Counted from the first letter of the whole stretch, positions 1-15,194 are shown. The stretch is DNA of 62,879 nt, filler included, from Sphaeroforma arctica JP610 (GCF_001186125.1; 4 parts of 2 records of this genome joined end to end with filler, not necessarily neighbours in it); one strand, 5' to 3'. The notes: a model not told the origin generated them from the letters alone. Numbers and translations: made by a program.

Positions 1-117
1 ATATATATATATATATATATATATATATCTATATACTATATATATATATATCTATTGTGTCGATAGATTGCAAGACACCTCACTTACTAGTCGAATACAC
101 GCCCACCGCTTCATACA

Positions 118-558
118 ATGGTGGCGTTGATTCACACATTAGAAGACGACGATGAGTTCTTGGCCTTGCACGGGGAGGAGAGTAGCGATTCTGAATCGGA
201 AACAAAGAGCAAGAAGAAACAAGCAAAGAATAAAAAGGTAGCAAAAGGCGAAGAGGCATGGAACGACGACTTTGCATTCCGTCCGGAGGACAATGCTTTT
301 GCCGTCACAAGTCAGAGCTTAGGAGAGAAACGTATGATGAACTACATGCAAACGAAACGATCAACCATAGCTGCTGAGGTATGCTGCAACTAAAGATCTG
401 TATCAGTTGCTACATTTATATCATATATGTCAGAATAACGTTTTGAAAGCCAATTTTCTCGTATGTGCTCATGATTCAGTATTTAAACAGTGTTTAGATA
501 TATATATATATTTGAAATTAACTATATTTATGACCGTAATATACGTATATTTATACAC

Positions 559-603
<45 letters not shown>

Positions 604-653
604 ATAGATATGGGATTGGTTTGTGTGTACGATTTGTGTGTGTCTGTGCAAGT

Positions 654-689
<36 letters not shown>

Positions 690-696
690 AATATAC

Positions 697-734
<38 letters not shown>

Positions 735-1071
735 TTCGCTTATATATATGCATATATGTTTGTGGGTGGGCGGGTTAGTGGGTGCGTATATATATATGTA
801 GATTTAGATATAGATAAAGATATAAACATATTTTGTACATATATTTATATATATATATATCACATTTATGCATCTATTTATTTGTATATTGAATATTTAA
901 ATGTACACCTATGCATGACTACAGATATATGTATATGTATCCATATATGTGTGAATGGGGGTCTGTGCGTATGCGTGTGGGTCTGATACATGTGCTTGTT
1001 TGTGTGTGTGTTTGTCTATTTGTATGTATTTGTATGTTCATATATATTTGTATATTTACCAATACATTTAC

Positions 1072-1108
<37 letters not shown>

Positions 1109-4100
1109 CTTCCTCTGTATACACATCGCCTTTTAACGTATCACTATGATTTTATGCGAATTGGTACCCATGTAGAGATGGAGAGGTCTACTTCTTTTGA
1201 TAGTCATGAAGATTGTGTATATTGATACGAGCCGCTTGCGTTCTATAAACATTTCATAACGGATGCGTGTATCTTATGTCATATGATACATAAGCTATTA
1301 AAGTATCTAAATTTGTATAGTGTGTATACATCTTGCGTCTATAATGTTTCGTTGGCGAGTCTTCCAAATATTGATATGCATGTCAATATACTCTGTCATA
1401 GATAAAATAATGTGTCACTTGCCAATTGATTCTATTGTTTTTCGAACAATTCTATCAAAAATAGGGTGGTTCCGATTATGACAATCCCTCTGATGCGGAT
1501 AGCGACAGTGACGAAATTTCCGATGAAGAGGAGGATGTTGTGGAGGGTCAGGGCACCACAAAAGAGGTCAAGAGTACAAAGAAAGTCCAGAGCAAGAAAC
1601 CTGCGGTGACTCAAGAAGTGAGTGAGGCTAAGCCTGAGCATCACTTCAGTGATTCTGAGGAGGAGGAAAGTGAAAGTGATAGCGACGACGATACCAATGG
1701 AACGAAGGATCATGAGTCTGTGCAATCTGGTTCCAGCCAGCAGAAGAAGTCTAAGAAGGACAGTTTCTTCTCCAAAGCACCAGAGTTGGCCAGTGTTATT
1801 GATTTTCAAGATATGAATTTGTCCAGACATCTTCTGCGCGCCGTGACCTCTATCGGATATGTCACACCCACTCCAATTCAATCGAAAGTCATCCCTTTGG
1901 CGCTTATGGCAAAGGATATCTGTGCCTGTGCGAGTACTGGTTCGGGTATGTTTACACCCAAAGGCGCTATTGGTTTTATATCGTTTTCATGGTATCTGTC
2001 GATGCGGTATCTGATCATTGCGTAAACGCATGTTCGTATCTACTGTGTTTCTTTTTATAACAAAAGTGCACCTAACATGTACTTGTGCTCTTTTGAAGTG
2101 TTTGTACTTTTGGGCCAGCACCTTTACCAATCATCGGATGCGTATAGAGTAGCGTCACCCATGCAAATGCAAGTACAGTACTATATCCTGCAATTATATA
2201 TCTCTGCTTCAGATTTACTGATCTCGAACCATACATTCGACTCAATCTTTGCAGGTAAAACGGCCGCCTTCATGCTTCCTGTGCTCGAGCGTCTGATGTA
2301 TCGCCCCCGCAACAACCCCGCCACACGCGTGTTAGTGCTGGAGCCCACCCGTGAATTAGCGGCGCAGTGTCGTGATGTTGCCGTAAAGCTAGCACAGTTC
2401 ACGGACGTTACCTTCAGTTTGATTGTTGGAGGTGTGGCTGATAAGAGTCAGAAAGTGGAGCTGCGCAACAGACCGGATGTGATCATTGCCACCCCAGGGC
2501 GATTGATTGACCACGTGCACAACACTCAGAGTTTCGATCTGCAGAGTATCGAAGTGTTGATCATGGACGAGGCTGATCGGTGAGTTTGGCTTGTTTTGCC
2601 GTTGCTAAAACTTGTGATAGCTACTTGTCTTTGTGTTTAGATACTTCAGGGTCATATCTGACCGTATGCCAGTCTACTTTCACGCATCTATTTTTTTTTG
2701 CAAATAGAAAATAGCTGTTTCTGTACATTTGTACTGGTTGCATGCTCTCAAAATTGATGTGATGATATTTCTAGATATACTCATGCCTGTTTCCTCATTT
2801 TTTTTTAGACAATGGCCATTTACACATTTAATTGTAAACCGGTGTGCATTGACCTATGATGCCTAATCGTTAGAATAAGTATTAAATGTTCACAATTGGT
2901 TATTTCCAGTCTTCTCGAGCTTGGTTTCCGTGACGAAGTTGATGAGATTGTGCGCAAATGCCCTAAGGGCCGACAAACCATGTTGATTTCCGCCACCATG
3001 ACCGACGAAGTTGACCAGTTGGCTAACTTGTCGCTACACCAGCCTATCCGCCTCTTTATCGACAAGAATACAGGTGAGATCTATCTGAATTGTGGCTCGT
3101 AGTGTTCTCTTCCGCTTTTTCTTTCAATTGCAGAATACTCGCCGAGATGCGACTACATTATTAAAGCTACCAACCATAGGATCCTGGGGTATTTCATGTT
3201 CGTTCAGATTCGTATTTTTGCCGTACAAACGTCACGTCTCGTGGCTCAGTCATCTTCAACGCTTAATCAACGTTTGCTTCCTTCCCATCGTATCTTTACC
3301 CCAGACACGGCTGATAACCTTATACAAGAGTTCATCCGTGTGCGTAAGGCTAAGGAGGGAGATCGAGACGCTATCTTACTAGCACTGTGTAAGCGCTCGT
3401 TCAAGACCAAGACCATCATCTTTTTCCGGTCGAAGGCCGCTGCTCACCGCATGAAGGTTATATTCGATCTTGTTGGTATTTCAGGTGCCGAACTACACGG
3501 TATGTCTTGGTTAAAGAACACGTTCAGCCATACCTTGTGGCTTGCGAGTCAACTGCTCGTTTGACAAAATAGTGTGTGCGCTTGACCGCGTCGCATCGAT
3601 GTAGAGCACCAATGAGGCCATGTGCGTGTTGATAGCATTCCGGCCCGTCACGTTCATTATGCATAGTTCCGTGCATATTCATCCAATTGCTACTTCATGT
3701 GCCTGATTACTATCTAATCTACCCCATGGGGCCCGGCATTATGCTCGTAAATGAATGCACAAAGTTCTGGTGCTGTCTGCAATGCTATCCTTCTCAATCC
3801 TTGTCATTTGCCACATACAGGTAATCTCACTCAGCTCCAACGATTGGAGTCTCTAGACAAATTTAAGCATGGTGAAGTGGACTTTTTGCTTGCTACGGAC
3901 CTTGCGGGACGAGGTCTAGATATCGTGGTATGTCGCTTGATGTCGAAACGATAATACATTATTTGTCTGCATTCTATATTTGTAGAGTCAGTTTCAGTTT
4001 TCACGTCTGCGGGAGCGTGCATTGGGTACAGGCTCACACTTTTAACAAGGCTGCTTCTCTACCCTCCCTTTTACCCTACCAAACACCATCGCCATATAAT

Positions 4101-5151
4101 GTTCACCTGTAGCGCGTAGTGAAGAATATTCAGACAGCTCTTATATACGGTATCACTTACACTTTGCAATGCATATCGCTGGTTTCCACAGGGAGTGGAT
4201 GTCGTCATCAACTTCACAATGCCTCACAACTTGACACAATACATCCATCGTGTGGGGCGTACGGCCCGTGCTGGGCGCAAGGGTCGCGCCGTGACACTCG
4301 TCGGTGAGGGCGAGCGTGCGCTGCTCAAGGAGGTTGTAAACAGCGCCAAAGTGGGTGTACTCAGTCGGGTGGTGCCGGCCACTGTGGTGGACAAGTACCG
4401 TGCGCGTGTGCAGAAGATGTCTGAGAGCATTAAGGAGGTGATGTTGCGTGAGAAGGAGGAACGAATGATGGATGTGGCCGAGCGCGACGCGAACAAGGCG
4501 CAGAATCTGATCAAGCACGAGACCGAAATCTTCTCACGGCCTGCACGCCAGTGGTTCCAGACCATGGCTGGCAAACAGGCGAGTAAGGAACAGGGTAAGA
4601 AGGCGTACGAGGGACGTGAGAGTGAGGACGATGACGAACCTGAGGCGGAGAGTGCTGCACACCACACGAGGACAGATAGTGTAAAGGTGCCGTTGGGTGA
4701 TATGAGTGATCTGAAGGATATTGAGAAACGCACAGGGGCTAATCGGGCACAGAAGCGCAAGATGGCAGCGAGTATGGACGAGGATGGCATGCATGTAGGG
4801 CTCATGGGCAAGGCGGTGCGAGACGCGAAGAAACAGAAGCGAACACCCAGGCTGACGATGTATGAAGAGGAGGTGGCGACGAAGAACAAGAGGCAACAGG
4901 GCAAGAATGCAAAGACTTGGAGGACTGTTGGGTTTGAAAATGACCTCACGGACACGAGTAAGAAGAATGTACAGGCTCTCAGGAGCTCTGGGTCCGCGAT
5001 CAGTGATCACGGCGCGAGAAAACTGTCGAAACGGGATGCGGATACGAAGAAGGCGTCGGACAAGAGTGAAAAGCAACGCAGACTTAAGGAGTTGCGCTCG
5101 ACTAAGGGTAATAAGCAATTCAAGTCGAAGAAGAAACACAAGAGACGATAG
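118..5151 (+). CDS. DDX27: DEAD-box RNA helicase DDX27/Drs1 (60S biogenesis), 7 exons: 118-378, 1465-1945, 2255-2579, 2910-3073, 3305-3499, 3821-3927, 4192-5151
   Basis: Phase-consistent GT-AG splicing joins the Q motif (GYVTPTPIQ), ASTGSGKT, PTRELA, TPGRL, DEAD, SAT and [11 protein letters not shown]. The acidic N-terminus, [20 protein letters not shown] and the [15 protein letters not shown] end match the Drs1/DDX27 subfamily. Confidence 0.93.
486..1110. repeat. (AT)n and (GT)n microsatellite cluster in DDX27 intron 1
   Basis: Long TA runs and a (GT)n run are directly visible. Similar tracts lie at 1-52, 14129-14520, 15960-16290, 23160-23370 and 53448-53710. Confidence 0.95.
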
Positions 5152-5918
5152 ATTGTACGCAAAAGGTGCAGAGATGAGCGTAGGATAACCGGTGTATATA
5201 GCAGCGCTGCTGCAAAATGAAGCAATAAAATCGTATATGTGAAACAATGGTGCAACTGCTAAATAAAATAGATCGTCTCATGTAAGGTGTCCCCGGATCA
5301 CACTCGAGGCGTAAACTGTATTTTCCCAATACTTTTGGGTTATAACATGCTCATGCGCCCCTAAGCGATTCCAGCGGGTAATACTACCCCAGGTAGTTTG
5401 ACACAATGCTGCATAGATTGCAGAAGCGTTGATCTGGATAAATTCGCGATTATATTCCATGTATAGTGATCCTTGAGCCACTGCTGATAAAGTTCCGAAT
5501 TAGTGTTTGCGATACTGCATTCACTTCACGCGTGTGAACAATTCATACTTCTTATTTTTACTCACTCTAACAGGCGGAACAGACGTTTAAAAATTGAATT
5601 GAAAAGGTAGATTTTAATTCAAAACTACCGTATCAGTAATGTCCCTAATGCATTTCAACTGCGATGAACTGGTTTACTTTTCAATTTTATATTAATTAAT
5701 TATTTCCACCAAACTAATTGAGATAGGCAGACCCTATTTTTTTCAGATGAGGATAATACAATTGAAAAATAGTACTAAATATTCATATCGCCCAGATATG
5801 AAGTGCTATATTGTTATCGAGCACAGAAAGCTCTGTGACTTTGCGTAACTGGAACCAACGAAAGCCGAAACACTGGTCGTGGCCCCAGCTGCGGCAAACC
5901 ATCTTCAGACCCACTCCT

Positions 5919-8900
5919 TTACTCGTCAGATACATTTACCTTGGCTACACCCTCAGTGACATTTTGGACGTCCTAGAAGCGTATGAAAAATGAAGTAGAA
6001 TTTCCTTTAAATACTATGTAGAAAGTCACACGAGTACATTGATCCCAAATTCTCTGCGCATAATCAGGTTTCGATGGGCAGAACAGAATGTTTCCAAAAC
6101 GAAAGTCAAGCCTCAAGCCCATAGCAAGCGCACAAGCATACAAACACGCGCCATCTGAAAAAAATATACTCATGCGAATTGGCCCAACCTACTTGCTCCC
6201 AAAATCCCAATAGCTCCGTTTCAGACTCGCATACCTTGTCAGCATCCTTCGGGGCGTCCTTCGATCGCTTATCAGCCAACCTCCTTTCGATCTCAGCCTC
6301 CTTAGCAGCCGTATCAATAGGTTTGGCAGCACCGAATGGGTTGCTCTTTGCACTACCACCAGAAGCGGCAGCAGGCGCACTCGACTCCACTGGCTTGGTG
6401 CGGGGGGCTATCTTTAGTTTGGGTCGTTCAGATGGTCTGCAAACGAGGAGCAACAATGAGATATAGGTACGAACTGGCAACCGCAATCTCGTATATGAAG
6501 CCTCGTGAAATATCCAGCATACAATGTCTACTGCAACCAATGTCTACTGCAACCAATGTTTGGCTGAACCAAATTTGAAACAGTACACACAAACCGAATC
6601 GGGCCAACTTCGCAGATATAAGAAATGAATTCAGATGCACGCACACGCACACGCACACTAATTTACTGGAAATAGTCCATGCCAGCGAGGTGTGTGACAA
6701 CCACTCTGAAATTTTATACAGCAAACTACATGCCTTGCACCCACACCACGTATCAATATATTCACCCACAAATACCGAAGGAGAAGAGATCTATTACAAC
6801 CCCACAACCTACCCATCGTCCCTGCTCGATCCGTACGAGTCGCCGCCGCTGCCTCTCCAGCCACCACCACCACCACTACCATATTTGTCACCACCGCCAC
6901 CACCATATCGGTCACTGCCACCGCCGCCGTATCTGTCACCACCACCACGACTTTCGTAACGGTCGCCACCATATCTGTAGACGGGTAAAGAATTGTTGAG
7001 GTGAGGAATAGAAACATGAATGATTGAGCTACGTTACATTCATGCAAATCCGTGAAAAAAAATATACGAGATTGATTTTAGATGTCAGGATGACAGAAGA
7101 CAAAAGAGCTGCAAAAAATCGTTCCAATCGAATGTGAGAGCGCCTGTGAACACCTTTTCATAACTTCTGCATGCGAACATGGTAAGTGTGCTCGACATTA
7201 ATGTAAACCAGCAGTAATACACAGTATAAACACATGCTCGCCGTGATTGGGAAGATCCACGTACCTATCACCACCACTCCTGTCGTTGTAGCTGCGACCG
7301 CCACCGCCTCCACTGTATCTGTCACCTCCGCCACCACCTAAGAAAAATTTAAAGATCGCGAGAGATTAGAAAGTATAAACGTCTGACTGATGGTAATACT
7401 TGATAAATAAGTATAACCAAATGCGGCTATTTCAAAGACCAATATGTTCCATGGTAAACTTTAGTACGAGAGCTTCGAATAGTTGACACAATACGACAAA
7501 ACTCACTACTAATGATCGCATATGGTACCAACTAGAAGCGAAAACGAAGACTTGGGCGTTGTCCAAATCAATAATTCGATGATATATCAGCATGTATTTA
7601 TAGCCATACCTCCGTCATTCCGCCTCCAGGGGCTATCTGTCGCACGATCATTCTCAGGCTCGCGCTGTTCGAAACCACCACCACCGCCGCCGCCGCCAGT
7701 GCGCCAAGCCTTGTTGGTACGCTCGTCAGCCTGTGCAGTGTCTGCAGGTGAAGATGGCTCTTGTTTGAGCTATCATTGCTATGTATGGGTATGCTGTACA
7801 ATGTCTGGTGATGGCGTGAAGTGCTAGTGTCTATGTAAAAGTGGGTTGAACGCGATGTTCTGGTGATTTAATACAGCACCTGAATGCACATATCTGCTCT
7901 CTGAAGTTGAGAGTCAATTTCGAGAAATACAACATACAGCTTACGAGGCAAGCCTGGCAAACTCAACACAACATGGTGAAATGCCCTTCACGGTTAATTC
8001 ATTTACCTCTGTCTGAGACTGCGGCGACATCGATACGCACACCACGTCCCATGAGCTGCTGACCAGTCATTGCCAAAGCAGCCACCAACTCATCACGAGT
8101 GGAGAACTCAACGTAGCCGAACCCACGGAACTGCATGGTCTCGCGATCGTTCACGGCATGGAAACGAAGAACCTATTGAAAATAAATAACATAGAATATA
8201 GGTATTCGTCAATGTCAGTGCTTCTTGGAATGCATGCGTATGGCTTGAACTACTCGAGTTAAAGTAAGTGTCTCAGCTACAACGTATAGGCTGATATTTA
8301 GTCCAATTTATCCGACAGGAACTTGCTACGACAATATGCAAACTACGAAGCTATAATCCAAAATGCGTCTGATCGCACCAGTTCACTTGAATAGAGGCTA
8401 GCAGCTTGATTGGAAAAGATGTGTGAGAGCAAAGTGCCGTAGAAAGCTAAGACCTGAAATTCACAAAAACTCTCCAACTTTGTAAAGCGAACAAGTGCAG
8501 AGGATTTTTGCGCCGATCTTATCCCCGAAGATTTCCATAAAGTCGAAATATACAAGCACACAATACAATACAATACGCTGAAATGAGCACTAGATATAAA
8601 GGCACGCTACTCCAATCTAATGAAGCAAACAGAAGAACATTGCCATAGATTTGAATTTGGATGGACACACAGTAAACTGTCATAAGAACATATTATAAAT
8701 GCAAGCTATCGACATATTACAAAGGTTTACACGTATTTGAAGACATACAGTCATTCCTGAGAAGAACTCGATGATCTCTTGCTCAGTGCAGTCACGGTCT
8801 AAATTACCAATGAAAATCTTGAACGGGGCCTTGTCAGGAATAGGAGCTGGCTGAAAGACCAAATAATAAACGATCGAGCAGGTATTAGGTTAGAGATAAT

Positions 8901-10717
8901 AGACTTTCGGGTTTAGTGAATAGTCTAAATGGATTGAATCCTAACATGAAACTATACGAATCACAGCTGTCCTGTCATGATTTGGAATAACATCACCTAC
9001 AACTTTTAAGGGCATTCAGCTAATTATACACGCGTCGCATTTCCTTTGGACCTGCACACTATAGAACCGACCGTAATTTGACCGTAATTTGTAGAAAACA
9101 GTAACTGAAAGTGGTGTTACTACTCAAGACATTTCGCACCGTGGTTAGAGTGCAACACTGGTAATAGAACTAACAATAACATACCTCACGAGGAGCTCGG
9201 TCATCACGGTCACCATAGCCGCCGGCACCGTAACCACCTGCAATGGAAACGTAAAATATTATCTATTATCTATTTGATCATCGAGCAACCAAGGACCCTT
9301 ACGGGACCTTTAGCGACGACAAAAACAATGGAATTGTAGATTGGTGTCTTTGTATATTGATCTTAATCACGTACGAAAGATCATTGACGATAACAATGTA
9401 CAGTACCCTGAGCTAGATTTCAACAGTATCATGTGTGTGCGACACCATATAACGGGCAACCCTGCAACTGAATTGGATGCTATGCACACCGCAGTCGCAA
9501 ATGTCCCAAAGTAGTGATACTCAGATTTGTGCCGTAAAAATAGTTCGTGTATATTACTTCGCCCAAAATTACAGAATGGCAGAATGACGAAATACGCCCA
9601 AACTACAACTCTTTGATCGTGTGGCCGAAAGGCTTCAATACCATTCCGTTCCGTTCCGCCGAGCTATATATCAAACAAGAGTAGTCTCATCTGCTACTAG
9701 CAATATTCGTGCAGTATCTGGCTTCGTAGTGATTGAACACTGCATATCTCGTTAACAAGTGCTAAATATAATCTAAACGAAATCACAGCAATACACGAAT
9801 CCGCGTGTGAATCACTTTAGGTATGTTGAATAGGTACGACATTACATACCTTGTCGGCCGAAGCCTCCCGAACCGTCACCGTCCTCATCGAAGCGAGCTG
9901 CAGCTATTTACACAAACAAGAAAATACACACTTTTCAGTTCGTATGTTCAACGTGGTTAAAATCTATGCAAAACAAAGTGTCGGTGACTGACTAGTTCAG
10001 ATGCAGCTGATGCAAAGGTAGCTTTCTTGGAGTGAACACATTGTAAAGTCACAGGTGTCGAGTCCCACAAGACAACGAATAAGAATCCAAAACTTTCTAC
10101 CATCGTTTTCAAATCCCTTATAACCCAGAGGTTTAAATATATCTGGAGAGTTTTCGGATCATTCACGAGACGTATCAGGTGAATACAGAACTGACGGTGC
10201 TCGTGTCGAGACCAGCTATAAAGGGCAACAGCAATAGAATACTTTGTACATGACGTTAAACTCAGAAGAAGAAGAAAACAGGAACAGAATGAAGTTGACG
10301 ATCTGGGCGATAACCCCTTGTCAACTATGAATCATGGTACCTAGGATGTAATAATTCAAAGAAGCACTTAAGAAGCGTAGATAAGCCAAACAGGACGTCC
10401 TGGTAAAGATTGGTCTCGCGAGCCTATTCGTGGCACATACATGTTTATATCAACAGTACGAATCAAAGACCTGATAAATCTTACACGGCTAGACAAGTAC
10501 ACTGCCATTATATTTTGAAATAGACCAGCGAGCGCTCATGTTAACGCAGCGTGGAAGAACCACCAATATAGACACGACAAACCATGCACACTCCAAGTTA
10601 GATGGAACACATACGTGCTGAAGGCAGAGCAACATCCTTTGGGCCAGGTGCGGGCTTGGCATCTCCTAAGAAGTCGTTCAGTGACAAGGTCACTTTTCCC
10701 TGCTTTTTCTTTCCCAT
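5919..10717 (-). CDS. EIF4B: Eukaryotic translation initiation factor 4B, about 10 exons (10717-10615, 9903-9850, 9237-9185, 8850-8749, 8172-8007, 7741-7610, 7337-7265, ~6975-6813, 6436-6235, 5972-5919)
   Basis: Spliced translation gives MGKKKQGKVTLSLNDFLG..LPSAPAA, an RRM with IFIGNL and RGFGYVEF..GRGVRIDVA, Gly-rich DRYG repeats, and RPKLKIAPR..NPFGAAKPIDTAAKEAEIERRL. These are eIF4B hallmarks. Confidence 0.9.
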
Positions 10718-12013
10718 GATTGCAGTGATATGTTTGATTGCTCTACTATGGCGCTCCTATATGTTGTATATATATAAATATATTTTTGTATATATATATA
10801 TTGTATGATATGATGACATTCTCGAACACACGAACGTTCACTTTGACGTGTCAGAATCGATATAGGATGAAACACCTGCAGTCCTGCTGCACGCGGCGCA
10901 ATCAGATTTTTCTCAAACAACTAGTATTTCTATAAAACTATATTCCTAGGATGAGTACCGAACAGCCACCGACTAACAATTTTATTTTATTTTTTGCGAA
11001 AACTTGCATGAAGTCCGTGAAGTATATTTAAATATTTATGTAACTACATATGTACATACTCTCAGACGCCTTGGCTACATACAATTATATGTCGAATAAG
11101 TCCAGTTGGAACATCCAAATGAGCACAATCTGAGACCCTCAATCTCGCTTGACATGCTTGTGAGTAAATTTGCAAAAACAAAAAAAAGATCAACCCGCAA
11201 AGTATATAATACTGATTAGTTTCCAAGAGTACGTATGTATTTCGAATTTAATATTTATCGCTCGTAGAGATCGGGATCGTCCTCGCCAAAGTCCACTTCT
11301 TCGTCGCACATTATATCTGAAGCTACATTTTTGTCCATCTGTTTGTATAGCAAGTTGCAAAAGATGATCAACTTTTAGGCAACTAATTTGAAAACTTGTT
11401 TGTGAAGTAATATTCATCGCTTCGCGTACGGATTGATAATTTATCGACAACCATTTCCATGCCACGTTACTGGTCATTGCGTATAATCAATTTTGAAAAA
11501 AAAATCGCGGCTACACATCAAATCGTTACGGATGTACTCTCTTGTTTATTGCAAGGCGGCGCCAGCTATTATGTAATAAAAATTGTAATATTTATCATTG
11601 GCTATTTGTATTAACATAAAAGTACATACATGTTCTTCTCTAGCTGTAGATCAGCTGTCACGATACGATGAAATATAGACGTACATACTATAGTATTTGT
11701 GAATAGCTTTAGAATTAAGAATCACGAAATATGTCATAGAACAAGTCTAGCTTTTGAATTAGGCTGGCTCTAGCACACGACCAACGGATGCTCAAATATT
11801 TCACTTGATGGAAATTAAATATACCTATTCCTGCTTCAGAGGATTTCGAGCTACAATGAACTGGAAAACAGAGAAACCAACATGATGAATACAACTGCAA
11901 ATTTGGTAAAAACGATAATCAATTTTTACGTGTTGTTAGAAAAATGCGGCCGTCTACATAAACCAGCGCGAATTCAGCTCCGATTTCGGGACCCAAAACG
12001 GAACACCTACCGG

Positions 12014-15000
12014 CTACAAGCACTTATATACACTAACAACACACAACCCCAGTCCATCCACCCATACCGATTTCCTCTTAGCTGTCAGTCTGACCTTCTT
12101 CGCCGACGGCGCTGATGTAGGCTCCACCGGCTCGGCTTTCCTGCGCTGTCTGCTCTGTGCAGAGGGTCCCGTAGACCTAGGTTTCCTCTTAACTTTTCCC
12201 CGAGAATTACTACTGACTTGGTCGCCAGATCTCCTTGTGGCTGCACGTTTCTGTATCAATCTCTCACCCCTCCGCCGATTCTCGCATTCATTAACGGTTT
12301 TGATATGCGCTTCTTCCGCGGCGCGGTCGTCGGCGAGTTTGTCTTTCAGTCGTTTAATCAAGAATCTGAGGTGGATGTGTCGGTGTGGCGTCAGATCGTG
12401 ACAGTCACCGATTGCGTACTATGCACTGACACGCCAATAGGAAAGTACCATCCTGTCTAATAACAGTTGAGACAGAACAGATGATAGCACAAATTCTAGG
12501 AGTCGCACTAATTTGCGATAAATAGCTATGCGAGCATTCAAAACGCCCTACTTCGGTTCGAATCAGCTAAAGCAGCCCTTCAAGGCGCAGATGGGTGCAG
12601 ATTACTTCTGCTTTGCTATAAACACGAACATAGGTGATGAGAATATCAGCCACAAGCGTTTTGTGAATACGTCGGTACAAATATTAAGACGATACTAGCC
12701 CTACTATCAGTAACTTCCCGAAGGGCATCAGAAATGACGCACTTTGCTTCCTGATTGGTATTTTGTACATAGAAAGCAAATACCCGACAAAAGTATCTAC
12801 ACGTTAATATGTACTTTACGACAACGTCGGAGCTCGCACAATAATCAGACTCGCTTCACATACTTCCTTTCAGCGACAAGCGTAGCTATCGTCTTTTGAG
12901 AACAATCCAGTTGAAACTGGGCCGAAGCATTACTCTGCAGCGTTGGATTGGATAAAAGATGTGATGTTTTAGTATTAAGGCATTGAAGAGTTAATGCACA
13001 TCATTGCAATTTAAAATACAATACGCTGGCGTTAGGCAGCTCGCAGGTGAAGTTTATTTTCGGCTATGGTACAGTGAAGCCTTCGATATCGAAATCTACG
13101 ATTCGTCAGTCGAATAAGGATTACCAATTAAGTGATAGCAACTCGGACCGAATCAGGAAGTCATTATCTCGCTCGACATTGGATATGTCGTCGATGAATT
13201 ACACTGTACATGACTTGTAGGCACAATATGTTTCTAAAGCATACAATCATGTGAGAATGGATAATCAAAACGTGTACATATACGAGAACATATAGTGGGC
13301 TTTAAACTAAATCGTAAAAACTATATGTTTAGTATTCTTGAGACTACACTCAGCGTTTAATTTCTACTGAGAATCACAGAAACGATACCACTATACATCA
13401 AAAGATATGAACAGTTACAAACGCACATGTACATGATAACAATATATATATATGAGACTACGCTCCACGTTTAATTTCTACTGAGAATCACGGAAACGAT
13501 ACCACTATACATGAAAAGCTATGAACAATTACAAACGCACATATACATAATCAAAAACAAANNNNNNNNNNNNNNNNNNNNNNNNNNNNNNNNNNNNNNN
13601 NNNNNNNNNNNNNNNNNNNNNNNNNNNNNNNNNNNNNNNNNNNNNNNNNNNNNNNNNNNNNNNNNNNNNNNNNNNNNNNNNNNNNNNNNNNNNNNNNNNN
13701 NNNNNNNNNNNNNNNNNNNNNNNNNNNNNNNNNNNNNNNNNNNNNNNNNNNNNNNNNNNNNNNNNNNNNNNNNNNNNNNNNNNNNNNNNNNNNNNNNNNN
13801 NNNNNNNNNNNNNNNNNNNNNNNNNNNNNNNNNNNNNNNNNNNNNNNNNNNNNNNNNNNNNNNNNNNNNNNNNNNNNNNNNNNNNNNNNNNNNNNNNNNN
13901 NNNNNNNNNNNNNNNNNNNNNNNNNNNNNNNNNNNNNNNNNNNNNNNNNNNNNNNNNNNNNNNNNNNNNNNNNNNNNNNNNNNNNNNNNNNNNNNNNNNN
14001 NNNNNNNNNNNNNNNNNNNNNNNNNNNNNNNNNNNNNNNNNNNNNNNNNNNNNNNNNNNNNNNNNNNNNNNNNNNNNNNNNNNNNNNNNNNNNNNNNNNN
14101 NNNNNNNNNNNNNNNNNNNNNNNNNNNNATGTGTATGTGTGTATACCTGTATGGATGGGTGTGTGTATACTTGTATATGTGTGTGTGTGATTATGTATGT
14201 ATGTATGTATGTATGTTTGTATGTTTTTATGTATGTATGTATGAATGAATGAGTGAATGAATGAATGAATGAAGTTAAATGTGTATGAGTGTGTGTATGT
14301 GTACACGTGTGTGTAAGCATGTTTGTTTGTATGTATTTACGCATGTATGTACGTATGTATGACTGTATATATATATATATATGAACGCTCGTATATATGT
14401 GTGCATGTATGGTATGTATGTATGTACGAATGTGTATACGTGTATGTTTGTGTGTATGTGTTTGTATGGGTGTGTGCGTATGTGCACACGTTTGTTTGTA
14501 AGTGCATGTATATAAAAACAAATATACACACCAATCACGTATGTGTGGCCATATACAGAGAATTGTGAGTTTTCGTGTGCGAAACATGTAGGTTTGTATA
14601 CTATCGTAACCGCAGGTGCATACAACTACAATATTAAGCCGCAGTTACTCTCAATGGTGTACGCTAGTCGCTAATATATGTGGGCAGTATGTATCTCCCA
14701 GATTGTGTTCATAGCAAGCATATGTTTTAGTACAATGCCACAATAGTGAGAACGTGCGCACAGTAATAGCCGTATCTCTACCGCAAAAAAAAGAAAAGAA
14801 GACAGACTCGAACGAGTATCAAATAGTTCCTGTGTATTGCTGAAAGGATCAAGCGAAGTGCACAAAGTGTTCCCTCTCTCGCATATCTATTGTGCGGTAT
14901 GCACATATCTTTAAGTTGTATGAGTATCTTCTAAATGAGCATATAGTACACCATATCAGAAAACGTGAAGTTGTTACTGCAACACAGATGCAGGCAACAG

Positions 15001-15194
15001 TTGGCGCATATTCAATCCGACAATTTTTACCGCTACACCATGATACCTATTCAAGATCACCCGACGATGCGTATTCACTTGAGAGTACTTACATTTTCAA
15101 CACGCCGACACCGTCGGCGTAACGACTTGAGTTGCGCTTGTGTTGATTGTGGTGGCGCCGTAGTATGACTCCCTGCCGCCGTGGAGCTTGACAT
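12014..15194 (-). CDS. TFPT/INO80F-like coiled-coil protein (about 174 aa), 3 exons: 15194-15093, 12934-12864, 12365-12014
   Basis: Phase-consistent splicing gives LKSLRRRCRRVENSNASAQFQLDCSQKTIATLVAERKFLIKRL. This resembles the LxRRCRxxExxN...LxxERxFL helix of TFPT/INO80E/TBRG1-type proteins and is followed by a basic tail. Intron 1 spans an assembly gap. Confidence 0.6.
13339..13561. repeat. About 113-bp tandem repeat (2 visible copies) running into an assembly gap
   Basis: TGAGACTAC..TTTAATTTCTACTGAGAATCAC..GATACCACTATACAT.. occurs at 13339 and again at 13452. Confidence 0.85.

Noticed and set aside
407..1225. YIYI/VCVC/HTHT ORFs here and at 14.1-14.6, 15.9-16.4 and 53.4-53.7 kb, plus X-filled ORFs
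   Set aside because: Translations of microsatellites and N gaps.
4153..5255. Long antisense ORFs over DDX27 (also over ACADL and the bZIP exon)
   Set aside because: Shadow frames of real coding exons, with no motifs of their own.
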